DNA of 57,017 nt, the filler included, from Catajapyx aquilonaris (taxonomy: Eukaryota): assembly GCA_000934665.2 (NCBI GenBank). It is 3 parts of 3 records of this genome, joined end to end, with 100 filler letters (N's around TTAATTAATTAA, not from the genome) between each part and the next. Parts side by side here need not be neighbours in the genome. Positions count along the whole stretch, not along the records: positions 1 to 18,945 come from JYFJ02006565.1; positions 19,046 to 37,988 come from JYFJ02006566.1; 1 more part is not named here. One strand, given 5' to 3'. This document shows, piece after piece, positions 14,861 through 27,317 of this stretch; within the stretch, counting starts at the first letter, position 1; each line of letters begins with the position of its first letter. The notes beneath the pieces are model-generated. The model was not told where the DNA came from, made no database searches, and saw nothing but the letters and a program-made list of their open reading frames with translations. The position numbers and the translations under genes are program-made.

Positions 14861-16869
14861 TTCAAGACTTTTTCTCGAAGGACGAAGTACACGTATATCT
14901 CAGACGAAGTGAGCATAGCATTACGGTCTATTCCAGTTGACTAACATATTTTAGAGGAGCCAATTATATGTAATGCACCGCATGTCAGTATGCAAATAGG
15001 CGACCTTGAAGGATGCTTAATTATTTGTTTGCCACAAGCATCTGCGGCATATAAAGCTGATATCCTTTTGCGGATCTCACAATCAGTGAAGGAAATCACG
15101 GGCATAGAGCCGCAGGAACTTCCAATATACCATCCCACGCACGGGTTGCCTTCAAAGCGAAATACCAATTACACACATGACCTGAAATTTTCTACGTCGT
15201 ACCACAGTATCGACTCATGAATTCAACATTTATCAAAAGTTTTTTTACCCAACTTCCCAACAATGCATAACGCTAAAATTTGGTACACTAATTTAATCAA
15301 GCACTGAAATTACTGCCAAATCCTGGTAAAAATCCGCCTTTTGCAATCACCAGGTAGCATTTCATCTATTTTAGGTTCAATCAGGTAGATAAGTCGACGG
15401 AAGATACGACATCCGGTTAGTTACTCCCGGTTATAGTCATTAAAGGAATATAGGTTCGAACGCCGCAATTTCGAGACTGCTGCAAGTTTTTGCGATAAAA
15501 GTTTCTCTCCTCGCAATCTCTAAACAAAAGTATATGGGTAATTACCAAGGAGTGTACCAGAAGTTTTGTTTGCCCCCTTGCGATGCCAAATCCCATCATA
15601 ATGAAGGTTGTATTTCTCCATATGGACTCACTGAATTTTTAATTTATTGCCCACGTTATTTCCCGTGGATCTTTACAATTTTAGATAAATTTTAGTCAAA
15701 ACACTGCTATTTCCTCATGCAGCCAAACCAAATAATCATTTAATTATCCCAATTCAGGAACCTATAATTGCATCTGGACTTGGATGGGAAGATTTTACGC
15801 CAGTTTTATCTGCCGGTCATTAAAATATTGGTCCCAATTCTTTCAGATTGAAAGTAATGATAAAAGTGCTTAAGTACTGTACTTTGATGATTCCTATACT
15901 GTGTATTGAAGAGAAAAAAAACATTTCCCTCTTTCTATAAAAGGCTGCCCAGTAATGGGGCTGTAAAACTGACCCAGGAGGTATAACCCTATTGGTTCCT
16001 CAACTTTTATCACTTTTTTACTCAGCTCTCCCTTACTTCACGGAAGTGAAGCCTACATAAACGGTTATATGATCATGTCAAAGCAAAGGCAATCTTAATA
16101 ATTATTAATCTAATTTACTGAAGCAACACACAATTAAAGTTAAACTCTGAATTAATGAAATCAAAACAATCCATCATTTCAATCAAAATATTAAACATGA
16201 ACTATACCAGTTATATTTGGTCTATAGTTAAGCATTGACACGTACCGGCAATTATTGGCGGCAAACTCAGTTTTATTATAAAGCGTTACAGGCAATGTTC
16301 TCAAAAACCGGCTATCATATTCAAACATGCTGTAATATTTTCTCATATCGTAAAATCTGGTCGTTCTGCATTTTCAGGTAGCGACAATATTTTTTTTTGA
16401 AGACACCACGACCACTATTGATATTTCTTCGCACCCGCCTACTCACTCGTTATTAATAACAATTATTTGAACCTATTAACCGGCGATGAATCCACCACTC
16501 ACAACAATACACCGCACCGCCTGAAAATATTTGTACATTATTCGGCAAATAATACATTGATTGACAGCCACTTCCTGAGGCCAGCATCCACCTGCATCCG
16601 AATCGATAAGGCCAATCAATGTAATAAAATCCCTTCTTCTCTCCATATCCCACCGACATACCTCCCACGTTAAAAGCACATGTACTATCCCCCCCCCCCA
16701 AAAAATATTCAATAAAAATTCAACCCACGCACACATGACATACCTGCAATTGACACGGTCACACACACTGGCAGCCAGCAGCAAAAGCGGCTGGAGGAAT
16801 GCACTGTACCGTATTTTGTGGTGCTGGACTGGTGTGGGCGGAGGGGTGTATAGTTGCGGACCTGCGCAC

Positions 16870-17150
16870 TTCACACGCTCAATCAAGAACGTCGCTGCCA
16901 ACTGACCACCACTAGGTTTAAGGATTTTTTTTATTGGAAGGTTGAAATGAAAACGGCCATAAATACCTATCATGCAAATCAAATTGCCGACATTACTGTT
17001 AGGTCATGGGGCGTTGCTTTTACAAATCGGATTACACTTTTAAAGGATTGTGCTGCATAAAGAGTTTGATCGGCAAATCCTTCAGTACAAAAGAGGGCAA
17101 ATATGGGGTTTGAAAAAACAGTGTAATAATATCTACCACACGCTGATTGA
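16870..17150 (-). pseudogene. Possible frameshifted relic of an A32/FtsK-HerA-type packaging ATPase (Polinton/Maverick-like)
   Basis: Pieces across frames: RVVD / VFSNPIFALFCTEG...TLYAAQSFKSVIRFVKATPHDLTVM / IYGRFHFNLP...TFLIE. These loosely fit the Walker B - 'LFTxGRH' - Q-sensor - R order. No Walker A and no intact GRH seen. Confidence 0.2.
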
Positions 17151-18744
17151 TTCGTGACGATGAGGCTAATTCGCAATGTTGGATGGATGGGGTGAATAGA
17201 AGGAGGTGGAAGGGAGGGATCATGTCGGATCATATTGTGGGGTGGATCTCTTTGTGGATCACAACTGTCGGTGTAGTTCTAGGATTATTGGACTGTGAGG
17301 GGAATCATGAATGGTACAGATAACGTCATGGAGACGAGCGGTCGGATAGTGTGCGTTATAATTTCGTATAATTTACAACGAGCTATAATTAATCGAATCA
17401 GATCATTCTTACGTATTTTAGGATCTGTAAAATATTAATAGTTTGTTACTGTAGTAATAAGTGTCAAATAAATATGCAATTTCCAATCCAACTGTATTTT
17501 GAAAACTGCCTTGCAATATTGCTGTATTATACACTTTCTTTAGTTAGCTAACTCGTTTTCATTAAAAATCGAATTGAAAAAAGAAACTGCCCATTATTAG
17601 ATGTGTGCTGCATGCATTACCCTTGCGGCCTTGAACCGCATCCACAAATCCAATCGTTTCAATGTCCATCGGCAGAGATCAGACGCGCTAATAAAATGTT
17701 ATCACAAAAACTTGTGTCACTTTTACAAGTTAGAGTCGTCCACTGAAGGTTAATTTTTACCTCGGAATAATGATTTTGTAAAAATGATGCTTATAAATTT
17801 TTTGATGGAAAGATTGGCAATATTGTAAACTATTTTTACAGTAATATGAGAGGTGCAGGTTTGTAAAGAGCAGGAAGGCGACAGAAGTGGACGGATGCTT
17901 TCGCCCTTCCCTTTACAGCAGTAAAAGGAGAGTGTTTCCAGAAAGCAGGAAAGTGTATCGCATTTACAAGAAATAACAGTTCGATTTGTGATATGCTGTA
18001 CTGTACATTGACAAAAATATGCTGTGTGAATATGCTTTATAAGGAAGCACAGTCTGCAAGCTGCAGCCGTTGAGCAATAAGAAAATAATGTGAAGAACTC
18101 AAACGTAAAGTAACCATTATTACACTTGACTGGCATTAAAGTATGAAGATTGAAAATTGAATTAGTGTACATTTTGGGCTATATTTTCAAACATTTTTTT
18201 CAGGGGATAATATTGCTCCAGCAGAAAACCGAAATTACCACTAGCCATTATATGTTTCATATTGTACTACGCAATGGATAACTAATTTTCGGACAAAATA
18301 TGACTGATCGTCCTTCACTGTCTCCAGGTCTTCACGCTTGATCATTAAAAAGTATTTATCATGCCCATTCCAATTATTTTTCAGTATACCAGTACATACC
18401 TATACCCCTACGTGGGAGCTGGATGAGAGCAATGAAATGCAACGGAAAAAATGTTTTCTTGCTGCAAAAAAAAAAAAACTTATTGTCTTCGCATGAGACA
18501 GCCACAAGCAATGTGTAATGATGCCAGGTTTGAAGTCACAGATTGTATAGGAGAATAGAAACTGATTAATTCGGATTAATTGCTTTGCCACATTTCCGTC
18601 AATTTCAACACCAAAGAGAGAACGGGGCATAGCATATAAGGAACAGGGAAGTAAGTGAGAGAGCCCTAGACGATAAACCAAAACATCCACCTTTAAGAAT
18701 AATTCACTAACCACATATTGTAGAAAAATACGGATTATTTATAA

Positions 18745-18945
18745 CTAGCAGGTTACCCGGCGTTGCCCGGGTATGTTGGGGTGCTGGTAAAGATAGGGGT
18801 ACATATCTGTGATAGATTACCTGCTTGTCTTATAGCGTACAGTCGACACGGATATTCTGATTGGATGTGTAAAAGAAGGAATGCGGATGGAGTTGGCCCA
18901 GGAAAAGACTGCACAGCCATGTGTTTTCCCCCCTGCATTTTTGAC
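18745..18945 (-). mobile_element. Helitron 3' end (non-autonomous), truncated by assembly gap
   Basis: Minus strand reads GC hairpin ACCCGG-GCAACG-CCGGGT (18772-18755), 6 nt, then CTAG (18748-18745) followed by T. This is the canonical Helitron 3' terminus. Confidence 0.7.
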
Positions 18946-19045
18946 NNNNNNNNNNNNNNNNNNNNNNNNNNNNNNNNNNNNNNNNNNNNTTAATTAATTA
19001 ANNNNNNNNNNNNNNNNNNNNNNNNNNNNNNNNNNNNNNNNNNNN
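18946..19045. other. Artificial scaffold gap with six-frame-stop linker TTAATTAATTAA
   Basis: 100-bp N run with TTAATTAATTAA at 18990-19001; identical construct at 37989-38088. Confidence 0.95.
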
Positions 19046-19286
19046 GGCAACCCCAACGAGGTATAAATAGGGTACAGGCAAAAATAGGGTCCGCCATCTT
19101 TGATTCGCGCGTGTTCTTGCCGTGCAGTTGCCATGCATGGCCGCCAAACCATATTTTTGCCTGTACCCTATTTATACCTCGTTGGCGTTGCCCCCACTTC
19201 AAGATGGCCGCCAGCCTTGGCAACGCCCCAAACAGAGAGACGCGGAAATCGAATGTTTGCGCCTCTTGTGTAGTATATGCTCCCTG
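19046..19286 (+). mobile_element. Fold-back MITE family 1, copy 2 (left end lost in gap)
   Basis: Same internal sequence as 825-1178 and the same right terminus TAGTATATGCTCCCTG. Confidence 0.9.
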
Positions 19287-19968
19287 GTAGTACCATTTGT
19301 TGATTTCTTATTAAAATGTGGATAATATAAGTCGAGCGAAATCACGCCAGACTGCGCGATTCTAGAGAGTAAGTGAGCTTGCAGCAGCTCCAGGTTGTCA
19401 TTTTTTTTTTTAAATCATGCGGTTCGGACATTTATGGTAAAATACTCGAGAATTTTTTTTCGTAATTTGCTGGCTTAATTTGACGGCAACAGACATTGCA
19501 GAGAGTGCTACTTACAGGGTGTGCATCTTAGGCGGCGCATTAGCAAAAATACGGTATAGGCTCATTGTTGAGGGGAACTTTATTTTTTGTGGCGAAACGC
19601 GATGTTAATCTGGAAAAATACGAACTAGGCGCCCTGCGCAAAGGTTTCGCCTTTACAAAGACACCAGACTCGACATAATTTCATTGAAATTGTGGAAGAG
19701 ATTGAGGGTGTGTGCATCCCCTGCACAAAGTGACAATAACCATTTCAAAAAATAAAAAAAGAGGAACACATTCGGCCAACATGTGAAGGCATTAATGCAG
19801 GAAAGAATGAGATCTAACTTCAACAATGATTATTATTGTGCGATTCAAGTGTTCATAGAGTACCGAGGTATGTTTGCATGGATTATTCTTTATTGTAACC
19901 ACAGTAGGAAATGTGACAAACAGAAAAGCGCGAGGAGTGGTCAAAGGCCGTCAACTTGTGTGTGATCC

Positions 19969-20803
19969 TCACATTTGCAGCATTTGAGCTACGTTGGGAC
20001 ATCTCTAGAATGGGTAGAAGGACAGTAAGAATTAGATTTGCATGGTGACAGCACAGCACCATACGCACCTCGTCCAAGATTTTCATGACGCATCTGCCAA
20101 ACTTGACAAATCCGGAGCAGTTCGGCAAAGTCCTGTTTATAGGCTTGCCTGTTAAAAACGCAATAAGTTTCTTACTTTTGACTGGTTGAAATTACAGAGC
20201 GATAAGAGCGCAAGGTGCAAGTTTCACAGAAAATTCTATTAAAGCAAAGGAAGCATTGTTGTAAAGACGGTAGGCTACCTTTCCCAGACTTGGCGCACTT
20301 GGCCCATATCTCTTTAATGGCGTCCTTCAGGTCACCTTCTGGAACCAAGGCGATCATACTCTGCACTTTTTCCGGTTGGTAGTCCCCCTCCTCGTTTATC
20401 TGTACCGAGAGAATTAGCAGGTGTCATGCTGTGCAAATGTGCACAATGATGTGAAGTGAAAGGATTGCTTACAAACTCTAGTCGCAATCCTGCACAGTCA
20501 GCAGCGCACTGCAGAGGAGATAATAGAATGTTATAGCTTGTGCAATGGAATAATAATTATACAGTAAGTTCGTGTGAGTAAATGCTGACCAGTCTGTCTT
20601 TCCCGTGAATCTTGGTGCATTCGATGCCAGCCTGTAGGGCAGGGTGGTCCTTAGGTACGTTGTCCACGTTGCAGTCTCCCTTCACCAGGACCTGCAACTG
20701 ACCACTCATCCAGTTCCAGAAGAATTTAATGATTGCCACTGAGGACATTATTGAGGCTTACCGTTCCGCACAGAGCAATGATGAACAAGTAGTAAGTCCA
20801 CAT
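19969..20803 (-). CDS. OBP-like secreted protein A (8-Cys, Plus-C-like), 6 exons
   Basis: Spliced: MWTYYLFIIALCGT/VLVKGDCNVDNVPKDHPALQAGIECTKIHGKDRL/CAADCAGLRLEF/INEEGDYQPEKVQSMIALVPEGDLKDAIKEIWAKCAKSGK/GKPINRTLPNCSGFVKFGRCVMKILDE/RCPNVAQMLQM*. Signal peptide; C-X3-C and C-X8-C-X8-CP spacing; all introns GT-AG. Confidence 0.85.
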
Positions 20804-21166
20804 GGCGGACACAATCCGATTCGAACAGAGCCAGAAGAGAACTGACACACTTTTAAAATGCCCTGCCTAGATTTTATTGCCCTTTTATTGAGTTTTTTTT
20901 ATTATTATTATTATCTGGCCATACCCACACCATTTAACAGCAGGATGAGTGTGGATTGCTCGCGTGTCTAGTAGGTCTAGTAGGGTGTGGACTTCTCACA
21001 GTCAGGCAAGTCTGACGAATGAGATGAATTCATCTGCTACAACACTGGTTGATTTGCGTCATTATGACTTTATTGTATTTGCACATATAGGTAACAGGTA
21101 TTAATAATAGGTTACATAATACCCTTTCGATAAAACTACTTGCAACCGACATGTCTTGGTCACTGT

Positions 21167-22137
21167 TTACGGCTCCAACATTTTCACAATATTGGGACAC
21201 CTCTAGAAGGAAAGAGTAGGGACTTGTTAGGATGAGGCTTTGGATGAAATGATGCGATACACTCACCTCCAGCATGACCTTCCTGGCGCACTTGGCCATC
21301 TTCATGTATCCCGTGCATTTCGGCATAGTTCTGTCTATCGGTTTAGCTGGCCCAGTTGCAAAAAGGTGGGTGTCAGTCTCCGGCCACACATCAAAATCAT
21401 ACACGAAAACCTTACCTTTGCCCGACTTGGCGCACCTGGCCCATATCTCTCTCAAGGCGTCGACAACAGGCTCTTTAGGAGCCGCGGCCAGCATGCTTTC
21501 TACCGTCTCCACTTGGTACTCTCCTTTTTCGTTTATCTAAACCGCGTTAGGAAATGTTTGTGGATCAGTTAATGCCATTACTGGCATGATAATAATGTCA
21601 AATGTGGGAAGGTCACGAACCAGATGGAGTTTAAGTCCTATGCAGTCAGCTGTGCACTACAGAAAAGACAATGGTCGAGACAATGCGTCGTGATTACGGT
21701 GTTCCTCTGCCCAAGTTGACTTGGAGAGAGGAACACCCTGTATGCACTGCCCGAGCCCAAAGCCACAAGTGAAGGAGAACATATTTCACTCCATCAACCA
21801 AGTTCAATTGAAGCAAAAATCACGACTATATGCTGATTATTATTGCTCCCAGGAGTTTGTAATTATAGACTGTGGACTTGGACATTGCATCAATATATGG
21901 GCCTAACCAGCCGATCCTTCCCATGTATCTGGACGCATTCTGTGGCTGCTACCACCGCAACATAGTCCCTAGGTAAGAACTCAGTGTCGCAGTCTCCGTT
22001 CGCCAGCCCCTGAAACCCATTCCTACACCAAGTCACTTTCAGAATTGTCTAATTGTACTAATAAGAAAGCGGCTTACCAGAATGACTCCGGACAAAACCA
22101 GCACAGCAGCTAACGATGTCATGACGAGCACTTTCAT
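21167..22137 (-). CDS. OBP-like secreted protein B (close paralogue of A), 6 exons
   Basis: MKVLVMTSLAAVLVLSGVIL/GLANGDCDTEFLPRDYVAVVAATECVQIHGKDRL/CTADCIGLKLHL/INEKGEYQVETVESMLAAAPKEPVVDALREIWARCAKSGK/AKPIDRTMPKCTGYMKMAKCARKVMLE/RCPNIVKMLEP*. Same intron positions as A. Confidence 0.85.
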
Positions 22138-22674
22138 CTGTTGATGCTGATGGTGCTTTGACGAAGAGTTATAAAAACTTGGCGATATGCGTGCCTTTGG
22201 GTGTAAATGACTGGGAGTGGTCCTATATGGATCCTTTCATCGACGAGGGACAGGAAGGGACGATGACAACCAGAGGATGGCCAGTCGATAGATGGCCCTT
22301 CGCTCTAACTTTTGTTGATGTGACACACAGTGATATACGGAAGGTGGTGGCGACCAGGCACGACATGGACGATGGACAGCTATATAAATTCAATCTCAGC
22401 ACGAATCTTTGTAGTTCAGGTGCCGTTGACACCTAATACATGTTAGTCGAAGAGACACTTGGACATCCAAAAGATGCGGTGCTTCATTTCCTATAAAGAA
22501 GAAGAGCTGAAGTCATCCGTGATGGACGACAAAAGAGACGCATTGATTGTGATGCGATTTATACGTATCTATGGAAATGGAAATGAACGTCAAGTTCATT
22601 CAGCCGAATGGAATTAGGGGGGCATTTTATAGGTCTAGTGAGTATTGAGCGTGACACCGTACAAAAGTCCAACC

Positions 22675-25031
22675 ATGGGACCTAAAAGTGGAAAGAAAAA
22701 AGGAGACAAGGGATCCGCCAAAGTGAAAAAAACTCGGTACGTTTCAGCTCCTTACGTTATTGAAACGTGTGTGGAAACGCTGCAGATTCCGGACTTTTGT
22801 GATGTACCCTTGTTGAAACATTTCAGGACTACTACTCAACCCAAGGAAGACGAGCTTGTTGGACTCAGGTCTAGAGCGGTGTTTTTGGAGAGTCAGATTT
22901 CCACAACCCTCAAAGCCAACGAGAACTACAGGTACGGTGTGCGGATTTAAACAAATTGAAGCAACAAACAGCTGTAGGCACTGTTCAAAATAATGTCGCT
23001 CTGATTTTCTATACCAGAAAATTTCCCTTCAAAAGCATGTATACAATATGAACACTCTTTTATGCGCTATATTATTTGTACATATACGAACCTGCGGCTT
23101 GTATGACAGGGATAGCTTGAAGAAACTAGCCGACGAGAATCAGGCCCTGAGAGGCCTGACGATTCAAGTGCAGAAAGATGAGGTGACCAACCGCGCCGAG
23201 TGGATTAAGATGGAGCAGACCTACCAGTTTAGAATCCGCGAATTGAGTGACAGATGCAAGATTGAACAAAAAGAACACGGTAAGAAGAAGGGGGGGCTCG
23301 CCATCAAGAGCAGCTTCCTCATCATGTCTATATATTAATGCGGATTGTGTTTGGACAGAGGAGGTGCTGATTGCGGTGAAGAAGAGGGCTGCTGACGACA
23401 ACACCCAGCTCCGCAAGGCAGTGTTGGATCAGGACACCAGGATCAAGCTGCTCCATCACGAGCTGCACAGCCTGAAGGACTTTATGAACAACAGGGACGC
23501 CCTGCAGAAGCGAGTGGACGAGGTGATGACCACGCGTTTATTTTGATGCGAATTTTTGGAGTTTCCGACGGCTGATCGCAATGTTTGTTTCAGCTCCGGG
23601 AGGCGATGATGGCTGCCACCAGAGAGCACGAGGAGATGGTGTACCTGATGGACCGCAAGTGCTGCCACGACAAACTTATGCTGCAGAAAACAGCAGCAAA
23701 GCAGATTGACTCTGTGACACGAGTGGCCTACTCCAAAGCAATCCAGTTCGTATTATCGATCACCCTTTTTATGCCTTCATGATGAGGAATCACCATAAGT
23801 CAGTGTCCCTCCCCCCGCAGAAATTTGAGGACCGTGACCTCGAGCGTCTACGAGGAGAACCTGACCCTGACCCAACTGGCGAAGCAGCTTCTGGCTGAGC
23901 ACCAGAGTCGCGAATCTGCGATGGAGAAGGCGACACAGGCGTACAAGCAGGAGAGGTACCGGTCCCAGACCCAGACAGACCTCCTGGCCAGGAACCTCTC
24001 CTCCTTGAGGGCCAAGGACCAGACGATTCTGGAGGTTAGAGCGTTTCATTGCTCTCATTATGCGTCACTTATATGCTATTGAAATTTGCGTTCTGTAAGA
24101 GCTAGTGTTGCCGTTTTGGCAACGGATTGACTTCCAATATGCTAACGTGTTTCATTCGGCGGACAGCTGCAGGAAAGGTGCAGGTGCCTGGACGAAGAGG
24201 CCAAGTCCCTGATAGAGGACAAGAGGAGGGAGAGGGAGGCGATGATGAGGCGCATGATGGACGAGAGGGCCCACTGGAAGTTCAAGATGAGCCAGGTCAA
24301 GCAGGAGCTGTACCTGTGCGGCAGGAACATGGCCAGACAGACCCCAGAGAGCGGCATCTACACGTCCAGAGAAAGGGCCAAGGACGACAACACGGTCAGG
24401 GAGTTCCTGCTTTGCGCCCTGAAACACGTCAGGACCCACGCCAACGAAATCAGGTGAATCCGTGGGTCTAACGCTGGCGTGATCTTGTTCAGATGATTAT
24501 AACAATTATATTCTCGTGGGTGGTGGTGGTGGTGTCAGGAAGATTGAGAGGAGAGAGGAGAGGGAGCAGTACACCCGGGGGATGATCCAGGCCATGAGGG
24601 GCAAGGGTCCCTGGCCAGAGGTGAAGCCAGGTCACTTGGGTCAGCTGGCCAGGGAGTCGGCCAACGTCGAGCTGGAGTACAGGCTGACCAGGAGCATGAC
24701 CACCCTTCATGAGGCGGCCGCCCCAGAGGCGCCTCCCTTGGACTGGTCCGACCTGACCTGGGACGAGAAGGAGCTGGTCCTGCGATGCCTCTTCGTGCTG
24801 ATGAACCAGAGTGATCAGGACAGGAGGCATGGCGTGCCCTGCATCCAATGCGGGAGGTACCACGCAGGCCGAGGACCTTGTCCCTACGCCATCATCAGGA
24901 CGGAGGAGACAACAGTGCAGCAGCCGGAGAAGAAGAAGAAGAAGAAGAAAGGGTCGAGGAAGGGACCCACGACTGGTACGGACAGTGACGGCAAGGATGA
25001 GGCTCCAGGGAGGATCAGGTGTTTAAAGTGA
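22675..25031 (+). CDS. BBOF1: Basal body-orientation factor 1 (CCDC176)-like coiled-coil protein, about 8 exons
   Basis: Basic N-terminus MGPKSGKKKGDK; long coiled coil (ELHSLKDFMNNRDALQKRVDE/LREAMM...DKLMLQKTAAKQI...SVYEENLTL); VREFLLCALKHVR; C-terminal signature DWSDLTWDEKELVLRCLFVLMN, matching the BBOF1 DLTWEQKEKVLRLLFAKMN motif as recalled. Confidence 0.8.
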
Positions 25032-25395
25032 AGAAGAGGAACACATGGATTGGGCCTAGGTTCAAAATTATTACAGCACGCACAATCTCACGGTAATCAA
25101 CGGGACATCGCATATTATTCGGGAGTAGTACTGTACCTGAAATGAGGACGACGATTGCAGTCGAGCATTGTGAGAAAAATCTGCAAGTGATTGTGGCTAA
25201 TAAAACATTCTATACATTGCACGCGTCTTTCAACAGCAGCTCAGGCAACAAGATGTAGCGCAGACACCCAGCATTGTTGGCGAACAGTTTGTACGAGCAA
25301 CGTTTCTTGGGGGGATAGCTAAGCAGGAAATCAAAGTGTGTTTAACAAACATTTAGCATGAATTACTGCCACTTAAAGTTTTAGTGAAAAAATTA

Positions 25396-25500
25396 TCGGC
25401 TGATCTTTACTACGCGACGAAGTGGCGGGAGTCGGGGTGGAGGCTCTCTGAACTGCCCGCGTCTTCATCCCGACTTCGTCGTGTAGTAAAGATCAGCCTG
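25396..25500. mobile_element. Small MITE with TA flanks (Tc1/mariner-like)
   Basis: GGCTGATCTTTACTACGCGACGAAGT ... ACTTCGTCGTGTAGTAAAGATCAGCC (25/26 complementary). Right end CCTG followed by TA; TA also precedes the left end. Confidence 0.65.
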
Positions 25501-25787
25501 TAATTATTTGTTGGTTGTCAAAAGCAGAGTAAATTGTTCACCTGCAGCTGATGAAGAGGAAACATGTAATTATATACGATAATATGCGCACATAGAAGTT
25601 ATAGAATCTTTATTGTCGAGTCTTGGTTTGACAGACATCGTGAAAATGGATCCAACCAGAGTTGAGGGCTAAATTGCGTATTATTTGTGCCACGGGGCTC
25701 GAGTGATTATTATTATTATTATTATTAGGCTGATATGAAACTATACTGGGGGATGGAAAATCGGGCTGCGGTCAGTCTTGTGCTAGG

Positions 25788-26771
25788 TTAACGTGTTTTC
25801 AAGCCGAAGGCTGTCAACATCTCGGGACATCTCTGGAAACACAAGGTGAAACAGTCAATCGGCAGAACTTTTGACACGACCTTCTGACTCACCTTCTTGA
25901 TTATCGGTCCCATGCATTTGCCAATTTTCAGCACTCCCATGCAATTAGGCTCCTTAAAGTTGACTTTTGTACCTGGCAAAAAAAATTGCAGGTGACTGTC
26001 ACAGAAAAACGAACTACATTTTGGACCCGATAATTTCTTTATATGTAGCACGCCTTTTTTCATGCTGTTTTTAAATGTCGACCCACCTTCTTTGAGACAC
26101 TTGTTGTTGAAAACCTTGACCGTTTGCTTCAGAGGTCCCTCGTCCAATTCGTCCATGATCTCTTCCAATCTCGTCTTGTTCAGAGCACCTTCCGGGGTCG
26201 CCTGAAACACAATGTATTCATCTCAAACACGAGTCTCGTTTTTTTATATATGTAACAAACTGCTGGCTTACTATTCCGGTGGTGAGAGCGTAGCATTTCA
26301 CAAAGCACTGGAAAGCATAAACATTATGCTGTAGTCAGAAAGCTTCCCCACACTTATGCACTTAAACATACCAAAGGACTGGACTTGGACTCTTTATCTT
26401 TGGCACACGAGAAAGCAGACGCCATCAGGGGGTTGTCCGGTGGAGGTAGTTCGCAGCAGTTGCCCTAAGGACCAAATGGATCATTGGGTGGAATTTCTGG
26501 TCCCACTGATAGTTACTGCTAACCCTTAGCAGTATTGGCACTGGTTAACAGTGGAACGAAAATTCCATCCATGAGTTTAGAATTCACTAAAGACAAGGTG
26601 GGTTCACACGGGCGTCGCTGGTGATGTACCACTGCTGGTTGGCCAATCCGAATAATTGCAGATATTCTCTGATTGGTAGGTCCTAACCACAACGACAACG
26701 ACGGCCCGTGCGAACCCAATCAAACTCACGACTAAAGCGGCAGCCACTAGTAGACAGCAGGTTCTGATCAT
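25788..26771 (-). CDS. OBP-like secreted protein C, 6 exons
   Basis: MIRTCCLLVAAALV/GNCCELPPPDNPLMASAFSCAKDKESKSSPL/CFVKCYALTTGI/ATPEGALNKTRLEEIMDELDEGPLKQTVKVFNNKCLKE/GTKVNFKEPNCMGVLKIGKCMGPIIKK/RCPEMLTAFGLKTR*. Confidence 0.82.
26483..26574. mobile_element. Short hairpin repeat family 2, copy 1 (intron 1 of OBP-like C)
   Basis: TGGGTGGAATTT..CCCACTGATAGTTACT ... AACAGTGGAACGAAAATTCCATCCA; homologous to 28574-28655. Confidence 0.6.
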
Positions 26772-27317
26772 TGTCGATGGGTATATACGACCAGGCGACC
26801 ACCTTGCGTCCAAACCAAGTGATGAGTCGCCGGGTCCTTGGGGGCGAGTATTTATATGTCCAAAAAAAATATGTTCCCACACCCTTGTCCTTCCCTCCCG
26901 ATCCAAAAAAACCGGCTCCTCCCTGCTCGTCACGCATCGCATTATTCAACCACAGTTGTGTACACACCATGTCTCTATTTATTTTAGGGGAAAAAACTGT
27001 CCTCCGGTCAGGTCATGACTCGACAATGGAAAGAGGAGAAGTCGAGGAGCGGGGGGGGGGGGGNGGGGGGGGGGGGGGGGGGGCATGGGAGTGGTCCCCC
27101 CCGCACCATTGTTGTTGGGGGGAGATGGCCGTGGGAACTGCGGACCAAAAGATATGAGATAGTTGCGTGGTTATAAAGCGAGGAATTTATTGTCCACTTA
27201 TGACATGCGGGGTGATGTATGGGTTTGACCCACATGGTTGTCAAAGTTATGCTGTGCCCTTAGGTGCGTACAGGTTACGGCGGTGGGAACATGCGCGAGT
27301 TAACTGGTGTGTGTAGT

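Noticed and set aside
18990..19001. TTAATTAATTAA as a piggyBac target or regulatory palindrome
   Set aside because: Embedded in Ns and repeated identically at the second gap, so it is an assembly linker.
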